A stretch of 64,000 nucleotides of DNA, from assembly GCA_040757775.1 (NCBI GenBank), contig JBFLWQ010000005.1:8295-72294 (forward strand). The letters are read 5' to 3'. The stretch comes from Thermodesulfobacteriota bacterium (GTDB lineage Bacteria > Desulfobacterota > UBA8473). Both the position numbers and the translations under genes were made by a program. Shown here piece after piece: positions 63,124 to 64,000 of the stretch (its first letter is position 1; each line of letters starts with the position of its first letter). Under the pieces are notes generated by a model. The model was not told the origin of the DNA, did not search any database, and saw only the letters and a list, made by a program, of their open reading frames with translations.

Positions 63124-64000
63124 ATGTTGAATTATAAAAATAGAGACATCAGCTTTATAGTCTATGCAATATTTATAATGACAGCATTTTTTAGTGCTCG
63201 CCTGATTCTTATGTTTACAAATTTATTTAAAACGGAATCAATGCTGTTAATAATACTTGCTGTTCTGATTATCATAACTGTTTTTGTCTTTTTAATTAAG
63301 TACCCTGAAGCAGGGATTGTTTTTTATGTTTCATGTTTGGGATTTTTAGACCCTCCGCTTGAGGCAATAAATGTCCCTGAGGGGATGCGTGCTTTACCAT
63401 TTGCAATTATACTTCTCTTTGCACTCATTATATATATAGGTAAAGAACGAAAAGCAATCTCCTTCGAGAAGGTTTATATCTTACCCGTCTCTATTCTGAT
63501 TTTATTGATTGCAGGTTTGCTATGGAGTCCTTCTCCAATATATGGTTTTCATAAAGTACAGGCTTATATCCTATATAACCTTTTTATTTTCCTGGGGGTG
63601 ACTTTATTTAGAGGCGATAAAGAACGATTAAATAATATGGTATTTGTTTCAGTATTATTGGGCATTATTGTTTTAATTTCAAGTTTAATCTCTTTTTTCA
63701 TACAGGAACCATTAGGGGTAGCCAAACGATTCCGGTTTATGGGTTTTTCATCTCTTTCACTTGCCAGGTCAGCAGGACTTTTTACTATTTCGTATCTTCT
63801 CATAGCCCGGCTAACCGATTCTTTTCGAATGAAGGCATTGCTTTATGGGATGATTCCCCTTTTTTTATTTCTTATATATACTACCGGCTCCCGTATGCCT
63901 GCTATCTCAATCTTTATTGTTTTTCTTGTATATTTAACATTGATTGAAAAAAGACCTCTCCTGCAAAAAATTGTTTTCATGATAGTTTTTGCTGTAATCA
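63124..64000 (+). CDS. polytopic membrane protein, O-antigen polymerase/ligase (Wzy/WaaL)-like, 3' end outside window
   Basis: Absent from the ORF track because it runs off the window. My hand translation from ATG 63124 stays open to 64000 and gives consecutive hydrophobic helices (MLNYKNRDISFIVYAIFIMTAFF...IYTTGSRMPAISIFIVFLV...). The family call is tentative. Confidence 0.5.
   Translation, partial: MLNYKNRDISFIVYAIFIMTAFFSARLILMFTNLFKTESMLLIILAVLIIITVFVFLIKYPEAGIVFYVSCLGFLDPPLEAINVPEGMRALPFAIILLFALIIYIGKERKAISFEKVYILPVSILILLIAGLLWSPSPIYGFHKVQAYILYNLFIFLGVTLFRGDKERLNNMVFVSVLLGIIVLISSLISFFIQEPLGVAKRFRFMGFSSLSLARSAGLFTISYLLIARLTDSFRMKALLYGMIPLFLFLIYTTGSRMPAISIFIVFLVYLTLIEKRPLLQKIVFMIVFAVI

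Overview
The window has two very different halves, all on the + strand except one IS transposase. I identified genes from motifs read in the supplied translations and ran no database search.

(1) 1-27.8 kb is the conserved rpoB-rpoC / str / S10 / spc / alpha ribosomal superoperon: rpoB, rpoC, rpsL, rpsG, fusA, tuf, then rpsJ through rplQ, including secY, adk, infA and rpmJ. The genome is AT-rich and bacterial, with strong Shine-Dalgarno sites and many GTG/TTG starts. rpmJ is missing from the ORF track, and I located it by hand at 24757..24870.

(2) 27.9-34.1 kb is an envelope-sensing operon directly downstream of rplQ. It encodes a SurA/EpsD-like PPIase lipoprotein, a small HAMP membrane protein, a secreted HExxH protein, a CHASE2 class III adenylate cyclase, and a FecR-domain protein with a roughly 300-aa alanine-rich rod and a polyproline tail.

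(3) 34.2-39.6 kb holds polysaccharide export genes: an outer-membrane beta-barrel, a Wza-like lipoprotein, a Wzz/GumC chain-length determinant, and a separate BY tyrosine kinase.

(4) 39.6-64.0 kb is a compositionally mosaic glycan locus. It contains gmd and fcl, a wzm/wzt ABC exporter split by a four-helix-bundle (Avd/IVS-type) gene, two radical-SAM enzymes, several GT2/GT4 transferases, a cytidylyltransferase-aminotransferase fusion, a GT-C-like membrane protein, an IS1595-type transposase, and a Wzy/O-antigen-ligase-like gene cut by the window end.

I found no rRNA, tRNA or CRISPR.

The best candidates for something undescribed are:
- The BY-kinase carries a roughly 180-aa DUF4388/PATAN-like insertion between its Walker A' and Walker B motifs.
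- The CHASE2-cyclase/FecR-rod module is embedded in an exosortase-style EPS gene set.
- A GGATTCAAGG-type structured repeat family punctuates that locus.
- tuf has a codon usage radically unlike its neighbours.
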